Assembly (NCBI GenBank): GCA_032718475.1
Contig: JAUCBJ010009109.1
Span: 62,001-126,000 of the forward strand
Reading direction: 5' to 3'
Length of the DNA: 64,000 nucleotides
Source: Nemertoderma westbladi
Lineage: Eukaryota; Animalia; Xenacoelomorpha
A model generated the notes under the pieces. That model saw only the letters and a program-made list of their open reading frames with translations. It was not told where the DNA came from and searched no databases. Made by a program: the position numbers and the translations under genes. Shown here piece by piece: positions 11,281-24,200 of the stretch (the first letter of the stretch is position 1; each line of letters begins with the position of its first letter).

Positions 11281-12579
11281 CACCCCTCCGCGGAACCCAA
11301 CACAAACACCCACCCCTCCGCGGTACTCAACACAAACACCCACCCCTCCGCGGAACCCAACACAAACACCCACCACTCCGCGGAACCCAACACAAACACC
11401 CACCCCTCCGCGGAACCCAACACAAACACCCACCACTCCGCGGAACCCAACACAAACACCCACCCCTCCGCGGAACCCAACACAAACACCCACCACTCCG
11501 CGGAACCCAACACAAACACCCACCCCTCCGCGGAACCCAACACAAACACCCACCACTCCGCGGAACCCAACACAAACACCCACCCCTCCGCGGAACCCAA
11601 CACAAACACCCACCACTCCGCGGAACCCAACACAAACATCCACCACTCCGCGGAACCCAACACAAACACCCACCACTCCGCGGAACCCAACACAAACACC
11701 CACCACTCCGCGGAACCCAACACAAACACCCACCACTCCGCGGAACCCAACACAAACACCCACCACTCCGCGGAACCCAACACAAACATCTACCACTCCG
11801 CGGAACCCAACACAAACACCCACCACTCCGCGGAACCCAACACAAACACCCACCACTCCGCGGAACCCAACACAAACACCCACCACTCCGCGGAACCCAA
11901 CACAAACACCCACCCCTCCGCGGAACCCAACACAAACACCCACCACTCCGCGGAACCCAACACAAACACCCACCACTCCGCGGAACCCAACACAAACACC
12001 CACCACTCCGCGGAACCCAACACAAACACCCACCCCTCCGCGGAACCCAACACAAACACCCACCACTCCGCGGAACCCAACACAAACACCCACCCCTCCG
12101 CGGAACCCAACACAAACACCCACCACTCCGCGGAACCCAACACAAACATCCACCACTCCGCGGAACCCAACACAAACACCCACCACTCCGCGGAACCCAA
12201 CACAAACACCCACCACTCCGCGGAACCCAACACAAACACCCACCACTCCGCGGAACCCAACACAAACACCCACCACTCCGCGGAACCCAACACAAACATC
12301 TACCACTCCGCGGAACCCAACACAAACACCCACCACTCCGCGGAACCCAACACAAACACCCACCACTCCGCGGAACCCAACACAAACATCTACCTCTCCG
12401 CGGAACCCAACACAAACACCCACAACTCCGCGGAACCCAACACAAACATCCACCACTCCGCGGAACCCAACACAAACACCCACCACTCCGCGGAACCCCA
12501 CACAAACACCCACCCCTCCGCGGAACCCAACACAAACACCCACCACTCCACGGAACCCAACACAAACACCCACCACTCC
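11281..12579. repeat. 30-bp minisatellite (~43 units)
   Basis: Unit CACCACTCCGCGGAACCCAACACAAACACC. Confidence 0.97.
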
Positions 12580-14167
12580 TAGAAATGGTCAATAAAGAAA
12601 AGCGATCGATGCTTGTTAAATTTTTATCCATGGTAGTAAAATATAAAACCACGCCTAGAAGACCACACACTATCAGTAATAATTTTAGTTACATTTCTTA
12701 TCAAGTTCAGTTTGTTTGCAGTACAAATATAAATTTACCGCATAATTTGTAATCTAACCCCAGTAACATTACTAACCGCATTATTTGTATTATTTTGCAT
12801 ATCGGTGGGGGGGGGGGGGGGGGGGGGGGGTCAAGGGAAAATCGATGCAAATAAAAGGTTGTAGAATTAGTTAAACATGTCAAGTAGATTTCATGGAAAT
12901 ATTTCAACAAAATATTTAATAAATATATAATTACTGTGATTAATATAGAGTTATTAAATTTGGAAAACATATTGCGTTACGTAACATATGGGGGGGGGGG
13001 GGGGGGTGGGGTGGTGCTGTGGGGTATCAAAAATCGTTCAAAAAATAGTAACGTAATTTAAGGACGACCCATAACTATAAATTACATTGCAAACAAAAAT
13101 AAATCACTACGTGTTTTAGGAATTATTATAATAAGTCGAAGTTCGTAGTGCAAAACTGAACTTAATTTAAATAGGAAGAAATAGGGAGGATTGTCAGAGC
13201 TGGTCCGTGATTGGCTGACAGTTTATGTATAGTAGAGATCAAGGAAAGGCCGTTATTTTCCGCATTTTAAGCCGGAAATAGTTCCTAACCATAACAAATT
13301 GATTTAATAGAAAACTTATCAAGTGTAAGATAATTTTTGCAGATGGCGCCGTTAGAAAGACAGTTAATCCATACGGTGACGGTACCGGACTCTGGGAAGT
13401 ATAGCTAATAACTTAAACGAATAATACCCAATATTCAATATAATATTTTACAGATCAAAAACATCACAGTAGTAGTTTATATAGAATATTGAGATAGATA
13501 ATACACTATGTTACAAGCATTCGATACAAGAACAGGGGGGAAATAAAGAAAATACGATGAAACATCGTAATATTGGTATCCCACACGCACAGTGTATCCC
13601 GTAATATTGGTATGGTATGAGGGATACACTGTGCGTTATAAACAGGCACTGGGCGGCTCAGTACGAACAATGCTTACGTAGTTACTATCGGACTACAAAT
13701 TCCCAAAGCAATAAATTGTTACTTTCAAAAATGTAATATGTTGCTGTCTCTAATATTACAATTATTAATAATTCTGAAATAAATTGAAACCGTGGAAACG
13801 GATGTTAACCCAACCCATGTCGGTTCCAATTAAACCGAATCCATGGGTGTAAATCATACAATAGAACCTCATCAGGGCCGTACCACTAATCCAATTCGCT
13901 GTCAGCAGCTACTACAGAGGTTCAGATACTCACGAAACCGCAAACCCGTTAACTCAATTACGACATAGAACTTAATCGCGTTCCAAACAAATTTACCTGG
14001 GAACTTTAACTGGAACCTCAAATTATTATATTCAATATACAATTAACTGAAACAAACTTTTTTCAAGTCGGCGTGAAATACGCGATGAAATAAAGTCAAT
14101 TCAATGCTGATCTATGGGGTGCTTTAAATCATGGAGTGAAATAAAGTAGCAACATTCGTTCATGGTC

Positions 14168-15428
14168 ATATCAGACTCATTTAGAGATCTATCGACCCTA
14201 GACGTATAACCCATATCAGGCTCCCCTTGAGGGATCTATCGACCCTAGACGTATAACCCATATCAGACTCCCCTTGAGGGATCTATCGACCCTAGACGTA
14301 TAACCCATATCAGACTCCCCTTGAGGGATCTATCAACCCTAGACGTATAACCCATATCAGGCTCCCCTTGAGGAATCTATCGACCCTAGACGTATAACCC
14401 ATATCCGGCTCTCCTTGAGGGATCTATCGACCCTAGACGTATAACCCATATCAGACTCATTTAGAGATCTATCGACCCTAGACGTATAACCCATATCAGA
14501 CTCCCCTTGAGGGATCTATCGACCCTAGACGTATAACCCATATCAGACTCCCTTGAGGGATCTATCGACCCTAGACGTATAACCCATATCAGACTCCCCT
14601 TGAGGGATCTATCGACCCTAGACGTATAACCCATATCAGACTCCCCTTGAGGGATCTATCGACCCTAGACGTATAACCCATATCAGACTCCCCTTGAGGG
14701 ATCTATCGACCCTAGACGTATAACCCATATCAGACTCCCCTTGAGGGATCTATCGACCCTAGACGTATAACCCATATCAGACTCCATTGAGGGATCTATC
14801 GACCCTAGACGTATAACCCATATCAGGGTCACCTTGAGGGATCTATCGACCCTAGACGTATAACCCATATCAGACTCCCCTTGAGGGATCTATCGACCCT
14901 AGACGTATAACCCATATCAGACTCCATTGAGGGATCTATCGACCCTAGACGTATAACCAATATCAGGGTCACCTTGAGGGATCTATCGACCCTAGACGTA
15001 TAACCCATATCAGGATCCCCTTGAGGGATCTATCAACCCTAGACGTATAACCCATATCAGGCTCCCCTTGAGGGATCTATCGACCCTAGACGTATAACCC
15101 ATATCAGGCTCCCCTTGAGGGATCTATCGACCCTAGACGTATAACCCATATCAGACTCCCTTGAGGGATCTATCGACCCTAGACGTATAACCCATATCAG
15201 ACTCCCCTTGAGGGATCTATCGACCCTAGACGTATAACCCATATCAGACTCCCCTTGAGGGATCTATCGACCCTAGACGTATAACCCATATCAGACTCCC
15301 CTTGAGGGATCTATCGACCCTAGACGTATAACCCATATCAGACTCCCCTTGAGGGATCTATCGACCCTAGACGTATAACCCATATCAGACTCTCCTTAAG
15401 GGATCTATCGACCCTAGACGTATAACCC
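14168..15428. repeat. 47-bp minisatellite (~27 units)
   Basis: Unit ATATCAGACTCCCCTTGAGGGATCTATCGACCCTAGACGTATAACCC with a variable CCCCTTGAGGG hairpin segment. Confidence 0.95.
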
Positions 15429-15734
15429 TTAACAGTCTCTTGTGTGACACTCTTAGCCTCACCCAGCTGACTGACAAACAAAGAAACACGTTCGTGGGGC
15501 CTTCGCGCAGCACGAGCGCCTATATTAGGAAGTAATGTCTCTATTAGATATACAAAACCGTCTTTCCCCAAATATATGAGTGAGGGCGATGCTATCAGTT
15601 TGTGATAAACTAGTTGTAAAAATATAGGTCCATTTCAGTTTGCCTTTACACACTTTAACTGTCATTTGTAAACCTACTAACTAGGGCTATTTAAGTTAAG
15701 TATGACATTTTTAGTTTTACAATACTCTTCTCCT

Positions 15735-16100
15735 TCATTAGCCTCGTTGCGCTCGTCCTGTTTTGTCTTAAAATAATTCTGCTAAACGGAGACTAACGAC
15801 CTTTATAACAATGCCTCGAAACTTTCTCGAAACTGAGAGTAACTGCTGACTTACGGCAGATGGATACTCGTATCCACTGTAAACTCGTTGCGCTCGTTCG
15901 ATTTTTTTTTTACCAAACTTCCGATTCTTTCTAAACCTTTTCCGAACTTCATACGTACCAAGTTTCGTTTAATTTCATCAAGGAATGACAGAGTTATTAG
16001 CGTTCAGAAATTTACGACGACGACAGACGACGATGACGACAGACAACTCGTTAATGGCACCCATATGCTAAGGCTTCACTCACTTCGTGGCTCGCCCCAC
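15735..16100 (+). mobile_element. Possible non-autonomous Helentron/DINE-like element remnant
   Basis: ACCAAGTTTCG..., GACGACGACAGAC microsatellite and a short terminal hairpin-like segment, a layout resembling such elements. Confidence 0.35.
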
Positions 16101-16754
16101 AATTGAATAAGGGGAAGTACCCTGAATCGAGTGGTGGGGCGTGTTATTTATACAGTATGCAAAAACAATAACAATACAGACGCGTAATAATAAACCCGAG
16201 CACCATAGTATTTACAATACTTATTGTCTGTTTAGTACTGGGTGGTGAGGTCTTAACCCCGTAGACCGGTTCCGTCACCGAACCCCAGACCACGCCAAGA
16301 ACAATTACAAACACACCAAACAATGTATAGGTATTACATATTCGTGTGCGGGATATCCTTATTGATATTAAACTTTAATAAACAACAGAACATGTCGCTT
16401 TATAGTTGTTTTGGATTGCCATAAATTTTATTACTTATCAAGTTACCAATGGGGGAATATATTGAAAATTAGTCATCGAAAACCGAACGAAATTAAATCA
16501 TGCTGCAGTAAGATGATGTGGAACGGTCTGTATTAGTAAACTCCATGCATCTTAGCCGTGTGTTACGTATTAATTAATGGAGATTATATTAATTTAACAT
16601 GACCGAGCTAGTTATAAAAACAAAATTATTCTCGACAGCACTTTTTCATATTATTTCCTTAAAACTCGACCATGCCATTCAATAACCTTTAAACTTTATT
16701 TTACTCCATCGAGAGAGGCTGCGCGCTACAATTATTGTGTTTAAGATAATCCGA

Positions 16755-17548
16755 GAAAAGTAGTGGTCAAACAGAGAAGCTAAATGGTGGAAAAAAGTAG
16801 TGATCAAACAGAGAAGCTAAATGGTGGAAAAAAGCAGTGGTCAAACAGAGAAGCTAAATGGTGGAAAAAAGTAGTGGTCAAACAGAGAAGCTAAATGGTG
16901 GAAAAAAGTTGTGATCAAACAGAGAAGCTAAATGGTGGAAAAAAGTAGTGGTCAAACAGAGAAGCTAAATGGTGGAAAAAAGAAGTGGTCAAACAGATAA
17001 GCTAAATGGTGGAAAAAAGTTGTGGTCAAACAGAGAAGCTAAATGGTGGAAAAAAGTAGTGGTCAAACAGAGAAGCTAAATGGTGGAAAAAAGTAGTGGT
17101 CAAACAGAGAAGCTAAATGGTGGAAAAAAGTAGTGGTCAAACAGAGAAGCTAAATGGTGGAAAAAAGTTGTGATCAAACAGAGAAGCTAAATGGTGGAAA
17201 AAAGTAGTGGTCAAACAGAGAAGCTAAATGGTGGAAAAAACTAGTGGTCAAACAGAGAAGCTAAATGGTGGAAAAAAGTTGTGATCAAACAGAGAAGCTA
17301 AATGGTGGAAAAAAGTAGTGGTCAAACAGAGAAGCTAAATGGTGGAAAAAAGTAGTGGTCAAACAGAGAAGCTAAATGGTGGAAAAAAGTTGCGATCAAA
17401 CAGAGAAGCTAAATGGTGGAAAAAAGTAGTGGTCAAACAGAGAAGCTAAATGGTGGAAAAAAGTAGTGGTCAAACAGAGAAGCTAAATGGTGGAAAAAAG
17501 TAGTGGTCAAACAGAGAAGCTAAATGGTGGAAAAAAGTTGTGATCAAA
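16755..17548. repeat. 37-bp minisatellite (~21 units)
   Basis: Unit GAAAAAAGTAGTGGTCAAACAGAGAAGCTAAATGGTG. Confidence 0.96.
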
Positions 17549-17812
17549 TACTGTACAGGGGGTAAACTGGGTGGAAAAAGTAATGAAATACGACGGATTA
17601 TCCTTAACTGACGGGGATGAGAACTTCTTACACGGAAAATCAATTAATAACTGTTTGTAATGTAGCCTGTAATCCTACCGTGTGCTTCTCAACCACAAGG
17701 ATGTTACTTTATTCCTAATCGGTTGTACCTAAATGTAATGGTGTATTTTATTTCAAATTATATATAAAAAAATTTATTTATACTTAATGAAAAAATATGA
17801 ATCAATAAATAC

Positions 17813-18373
17813 CTTTCCGCAACTCCTTTGTGTTGTTTGTAATAACTCGGAAGGGAGAAGATCCTGGCGTGTGATTGGTTGTTAGAGAGGATCCTGGCGT
17901 GTGATTGGTGGTTACATCCACGCTGTTATCGGTTGAGGGGGAGGGGAGCTCGCTATTGGCTACCCCCCGCTGCACCAACACGCGGACCTCCCGTCCCACC
18001 GGGGCCAGTCTCAGGGTCTCCACCAGCTCGGCATGGCTGCACCGGTCCACCGGTCGGTCCTCCACCTCGACGAACAGGTCGCCCTCTCGCAGCATCCCGT
18101 ACCGACTGGGGTCTATCACCGTGCCGACCCGCTGGCCCGTCGATGAGTCCAGCACCGTGAACCCGAACCCCTCGGAGGTCTTGGGCACCCGTAGCGACAG
18201 GGTCTCCACGCGGGTGGGGGTCGCCAGCTCGGGTTGCTCGGGGGGCAGTTGGTATCCGTGGCACAGCTGCAGACTGACTCGCTCACCGGGTTGGATGGAC
18301 TGCAGCAGCCGGATCACGTCTTTGTGGGACATTCCCAGGACACACTGTTCGTTAATATAAACCAAAACGTCGC
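17813..18373 (-). CDS. MAGI: MAGI exon: second half of PDZ1 and complete PDZ2
   Basis: Acceptor TTCTAG|GC; (G)DVLVYINEQCVLGMSHKDVIRLLQSIQPGERVSLQLCHGYQLP ... KTSEGFGFTVLDSSTGQRV...LREGDLFVEV...VLVQRG; donor AAG|GTATTT; 561 nt, phase 1-1. Confidence 0.93.
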
Positions 18374-18982
18374 CTAGAATGGTTAATTAATAGAATAGAG
18401 TAATAGAGACCAACATGGAGATAGCAAATTTTTATTCAATGGGGAATTATTACAATTTACACGTAAATTGTTAAAATCTCGGACGCATCCAATTTTAAAA
18501 TATATCAAAAATGTGACGATATAAAATTATACAATTCCACTGATGGAAAATTCATAATTTCTATTAATGTTAGCGAAGATTTTTCACATAATTAAATTGT
18601 GATTGCTCTATTGTTTTTAGTTGAAATTTATTTTTTGTTTTAGTTTAAAAACCACAATAGTTAGTTAATAATATAACAAATACATTTTTTGTGGATAAGA
18701 GTTTTTGAGGTCGATAAATCCGATGGGCGATGTTACTACATCCACCCGTTTTGTTGAGAAGTTGCGTAACTAAACTCCCTAAACCAGTAAAATTAGTATT
18801 AAAAATGGTTAAATGAGTAGACAAATCAACCCCCGGTGACGCGCTTTCTCATTTTTACCACTTCTGAACAAAACCAAAATATTACACGTTTAAATGAGTA
18901 GACAAATTTCCGTAGCCCTGGAAACCAAATGGTAATTATTTAGAAGTGGATAGTTTAGTCAATCGATAGAAAGTGGCGCAAA

Positions 18983-20788
18983 TTTTGTTCCATTGGTAGC
19001 GAACATTGTTCCATTGGTAGCGAACATTGTTCCATTGGTAGCGAACTTTGTTCCATTGGTAGCGAACATTGTTCCATTGGTAGCGAACTTTGTTCCATTG
19101 GTAGCGAACTTTGTTCCATTGGTAGCGAACATTGTTTCATTGGTAGCGAACTTTGTTCCATTGGTAGCGAACATTGTTCCATTGGTAGCGAACTTTGTTC
19201 CATTGGTAGCGAACTTTGTTCCATTGGTAGCGAACATTGTTTCATTGGTAGCGAACTTTGTTCCATTGGTAGCGAACTTTGTTCCATTGGTAGCGAACTT
19301 TGTTCCTCTAGTTGCGAATTATGTTCCTATGTAATTTTTAAAGGATAATTAATTATGTTCCGATGACTGCGAACCTTGTTCCTTTCATAGCGAACTTTGT
19401 TCCTATTATTGCGAACATTGTTCCTATTATTGCGAACTTTGTTCCTATTATTGCGAACTTTGTTCCTATCATAACGAACTTTGTTCCTATCATAGCGAAC
19501 TTTGTTCCTATTATTGCGAACATTGTTCCTATTATTGCGAACTTTGTTCCTATTATTGCGAACTTTGTTCCTATTATTGCGAACTTTGTTCCTATTATTG
19601 CGAACTTTGTTCCTATTATTGCGAACTTTGTTCCTATCATAACGAACTTTGTTCCTATTATTGCGAACTTTGTTCCTATTATTGCGAACTTTGTTCCTAT
19701 TATTGCGAACTTTGTTCCTATTATTGCGAACTTTGTTCCTATTATTGCGAACTTTGTTCATATCATAGCGAACTTTGTTCCTATTATTGCGAACTTTGTT
19801 CCTATTATTGCGAACTTTGTTCCTATTATTGCGAACTTTGTTCCTATTATTGCGAACTTTGTTCCTATTATTGCGAACTTTGTTCCTATTATTGCGAACT
19901 TTGTTCCTATTATTGCGAACTTTGTTCCTATTATTGCGAACTTTGTTCCTATTATTGCGAACTTTGTTCCTATCATAACGAACTTTGTTCCTATCATAGC
20001 GAACTTTGTTCCTATTATTGCGAACATTGTTCCTATTATTGCGAACTTTGTTCCTATTATTGCGAACTTTGTTCCTATCATAACGAACTTTGTTCCTATT
20101 ATTGCGAACTTTGTTCCTATTATTGCGAACTTTGTTCCTATTATTGCGAACTTTGTTCCTATTATTGCGAACTTTGTTCCTATTATTGCGAACTTTGTTC
20201 ATATCATAGCGAACTTTGTTCCTATTATTGCGAACTTTGTTCCTATTATTGCGAACTTTGTTCCTATTATTGCGAACTTTGTTCCTATCATAACGAACTT
20301 TGTTCCTATCATAGCGAACTTTGTTCCTATTATTGCGAACATTGTTCCTATTATTGCGAACTTTGTTCCTATTATTGCGAACTTTGTTCCTATCATAACG
20401 AACTTTGTTCCTATTATTGCGAACTTTGTTCCTATTATTGCGAACTTTGTTCCTATTATTGCGAACTTTGTTCCTATTATTGCGACTTTGTTCCTATTGT
20501 TGCGAACTTTGTTCATATCATAGCGAACTTTGTTCCTATTATTGCGAACTTTGTTCCTATTATTGCGAACTTTGTTCCTATTATTGCGAACTTTGTTCCT
20601 ATTATTGCGAACTTTGTTCCTATTATTGCGAACTTTGTTCCTATTATTGCGAACTTTGTTCCTATTATTGCGAACTTTGTTCCTATTGTTGCGAACTTTG
20701 TTCCTATTATTGCGAACTTTGTTCCTATTATTGCGAACTTTGTTCCTATTATTGCGAACTTTGTTCCTATTATTGCGAACTTTGTTCC
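18983..20788. repeat. 21-bp minisatellite in two sub-arrays
   Basis: TTGTTCCATTGGTAGCGAACT (~18983-19330) then TTGTTCCTATTATTGCGAACT (~19357-20788). Confidence 0.96.
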
Positions 20789-21114
20789 AATCTATGTAAA
20801 TTACATATGCCTACAAATATTCTTACGAAAGGCCTACTCATAAAGAAGAGGAGCTGAGTAATACTGTATGTGAATACTCGCGGGCTAAGATAATTTCTTA
20901 GGCCGGTTAGCCAATTTGACTGGGTAAAATTTATAATAATAACGATTCTCCAATAAGTAAGTAAAAATATATTAAATCTAATACTACTGTGCTAATCCAT
21001 TGTCTGACTGAGGTTTTATATTCTCATGAGATCGTGTAAACCTAAACAGTCGTGTGCTAGCTACTCAAGGAATCGTGGGGAATTATACGGCTTGAAAGTT
21101 AATTTCAGCAATCT

Positions 21115-21214
21115 NNNNNNNNNNNNNNNNNNNNNNNNNNNNNNNNNNNNNNNNNNNNNNNNNNNNNNNNNNNNNNNNNNNNNNNNNNNNNNNNNNNNNN
21201 NNNNNNNNNNNNNN
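21115..21214. other. Assembly gap (100 N)
   Basis: Run of N abutting the 46-bp satellite. Confidence 1.
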
Positions 21215-24200
21215 TTGTAATCCATCTACCGTAGGTCGAGCTAGTGTAGCTGTATGCGTGTTGTAATCCATCTACCGTAGGTCGAGCTAGTGTAGCTGTA
21301 TGCGTGTTGTAATCCATCTACCGTAGGTCGAGCTAGTGTAGCTGTATGCGTGTTGTAATCCATCTACCGTAGGTCGAGCTAGTGTAGCTGTATGCGTGTT
21401 GTAATCCATCTACCGTAGGTCGAGCTAGTGTAGCTGTATGCGTGTTGTAATCCATCTACCGTAGGTCGAGCTAGTGTAGCTGTATGCGTGTTGTAATCCA
21501 TCTACCGTAGGTCGAGCTAGTGTAGCTGTATGCGTGTTGTAATCCATCTACCGTAGGTCGAGCTAGTGTAGCTGTATGCGTGTTGTAATCCATCTACCGT
21601 AGGTCGAGCTAGTGTAGCTGTATGCGTGTTGTAATCCATCTACCGTAGGTCGAGCTAGTGTAGCTGTATGCGTGTTGTAATCCATCTACCGTAGGTCGAG
21701 CTAGTGTAGCTGTATGCGTGTTGTAATCCATCTACCGTAGGTCGAGCTAGTGTAGCTGTATGCGTGTTGTAATCCATCTACCGTAGGTCGAGCTAGTGTA
21801 GCTGTATGCGTGTTGTAATCCATCTACCGTAGGTCGAGCTAGTGTAGCTGTATGCGTGTTGTAATCCATCTACCGTAGGTCGAGCTAGTGTAGCTGTATG
21901 CGTGTTGTAATCCATCTACCGTAGGTCGAGCTAGTGTAGCTGTATGCGTGTTGTAATCCATCTACCGTAGGTCGAGCTAGTGTAGCTGTATGCGTGTTGT
22001 AATCCATCTACCGTAGGTCGAGCTAGTGTAGCTGTATGCGTGTTGTAATCCATCTACCGTAGGTCGAGCTAGTGTAGCTGTATGCGTGTTGTAATCCATC
22101 TACCGTAGGTCGAGCTAGTGTAGCTGTATGCGTGTTGTAATCCATCTACCGTAGGTCGAGCTAGTGTAGCTGTATGCGTGTTGTAATCCATCTACCGTAG
22201 GTCGAGCTAGTGTAGCTGTATGCGTGTTGTAATCCATCTACCGTAGGTCGAGCTAGTGTAGCTGTATGCGTGTTGTAATCCATCTACCGTAGGTCGAGCT
22301 AGTGTAGCTGTATGCGTGTTGTAATCCATCTACCGTAGGTCGAGCTAGTGTAGCTGTATGCGTGTTGTAATCCATCTACCGTAGGTCGAGCTAGTGTAGC
22401 TGTATGCGTGTTGTAATCCATCTACCGTAGGTCGAGCTAGTGTAGCTGTATGCGTGTTGTAATCCATCTACCGTAGGTCGAGCTAGTGTAGCTGTATGCG
22501 TGTTGTAATCCATCTACCGTAGGTCGAGCTAGTGTAGCTGTATGCGTGTTGTAATCCATCTACCGTAGGTCGAGCTAGTGTAGCTGTATGCGTGTTGTAA
22601 TCCATCTACCGTAGGTCGAGCTAGTGTAGCTGTATGCGTGTTGTAATCCATCTACCGTAGGTCGAGCTAGTGTAGCTGTATGCGTGTTGTAATCCATCTA
22701 CCGTAGGTCGAGCTAGTGTAGCTGTATGCGTGTTGTAATCCATCTACCGTAGGTCGAGCTAGTGTAGCTGTATGCGTGTTGTAATCCATCTACCGTAGGT
22801 CGAGCTAGTGTAGCTGTATGCGTGTTGTAATCCATCTACCGTAGGTCGAGCTAGTGTAGCTGTATGCGTGTTGTAATCCATCTACCGTAGGTCGAGCTAG
22901 TGTAGCTGTATGCGTGTTGTAATCCATCTACCGTAGGTCGAGCTAGTGTAGCTGTATGCGTGTTGTAATCCATCTACCGTAGGTCGAGCTAGTGTAGCTG
23001 TATGCGTGTTGTAATCCATCTACCGTAGGTCGAGCTAGTGTAGCTGTATGCGTGTTGTAATCCATCTACCGTAGGTCGAGCTAGTGTAGCTGTATGCGTG
23101 TTGTAATCCATCTACCGTAGGTCGAGCTAGTGTAGCTGTATGCGTGTTGTAATCCATCTACCGTAGGTCGAGCTAGTGTAGCTGTATGCGTGTTGTAATC
23201 CATCTACCGTAGGTCGAGCTAGTGTAGCTGTATGCGTGTTGTAATCCATCTACCGTAGGTCGAGCTAGTGTAGCTGTATGCGTGTTGTAATCCATCTACC
23301 GTAGGTCGAGCTAGTGTAGCTGTATGCGTGTTGTAATCCATCTACCGTAGGTCGAGCTAGTGTAGCTGTATGCGTGTTGTAATCCATCTACCGTAGGTCG
23401 AGCTAGTGTAGCTGTATGCGTGTTGTAATCCATCTACCGTAGGTCGAGCTAGTGTAGCTGTATGCGTGTTGTAATCCATCTACCGTAGGTCGAGCTAGTG
23501 TAGCTGTATGCGTGTTGTAATCCATCTACCGTAGGTCGAGCTAGTGTAGCTGTATGCGTGTTGTAATCCATCTACCGTAGGTCGAGCTAGTGTAGCTGTA
23601 TGCGTGTTGTAATCCATCTACCGTAGGTCGAGCTAGTGTAGCTGTATGCGTGTTGTAATCCATCTACCGTAGGTCGAGCTAGTGTAGCTGTATGCGTGTT
23701 GTAATCCATCTACCGTAGGTCGAGCTAGTGTAGCTGTATGCGTGTTGTAATCCATCTACCGTAGGTCGAGCTAGTGTAGCTGTATGCGTGTTGTAATCCA
23801 TCTACCGTAGGTCGAGCTAGTGTAGCTGTATGCGTGTTGTAATCCATCTACCGTAGGTCGAGCTAGTGTAGCTGTATGCGTGTTGTAATCCATCTACCGT
23901 AGGTCGAGCTAGTGTAGCTGTATGCGTGTTGTAATCCATCTACCGTAGGTCGAGCTAGTGTAGCTGTATGCGTGTTGTAATCCATCTACCGTAGGTCGAG
24001 CTAGTGTAGCTGTATGCGTGTTGTAATCCATCTACCGTAGGTCGAGCTAGTGTAGCTGTATGCGTGTTGTAATCCATCTACCGTAGGTCGAGCTAGTGTA
24101 GCTGTATGCGTGTTGTAATCCATCTACCGTAGGTCGAGCTAGTGTAGCTGTATGCGTGTTGTAATCCATCTACCGTAGGTCGAGCTAGTGTAGCTGTATG

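Noticed and set aside
11206-12752. 450-490-aa repetitive ORFs on both strands
   Set aside because: A 30-bp unit open in many frames; no convincing donor or domain.
14168-15428. Telomeric repeat (TAACCC)
   Set aside because: Only one hexamer per 47-bp unit.
15430-15520. Candidate MAGI exon at the edge of the 47-bp array
   Set aside because: Its GCGCGAAGGCC motif recurs at ~37052 and ~43228, which indicates a dispersed repeat end rather than an exon.
18955-20857. Heptad-repeat ORFs
   Set aside because: Translations of a 21-bp minisatellite.
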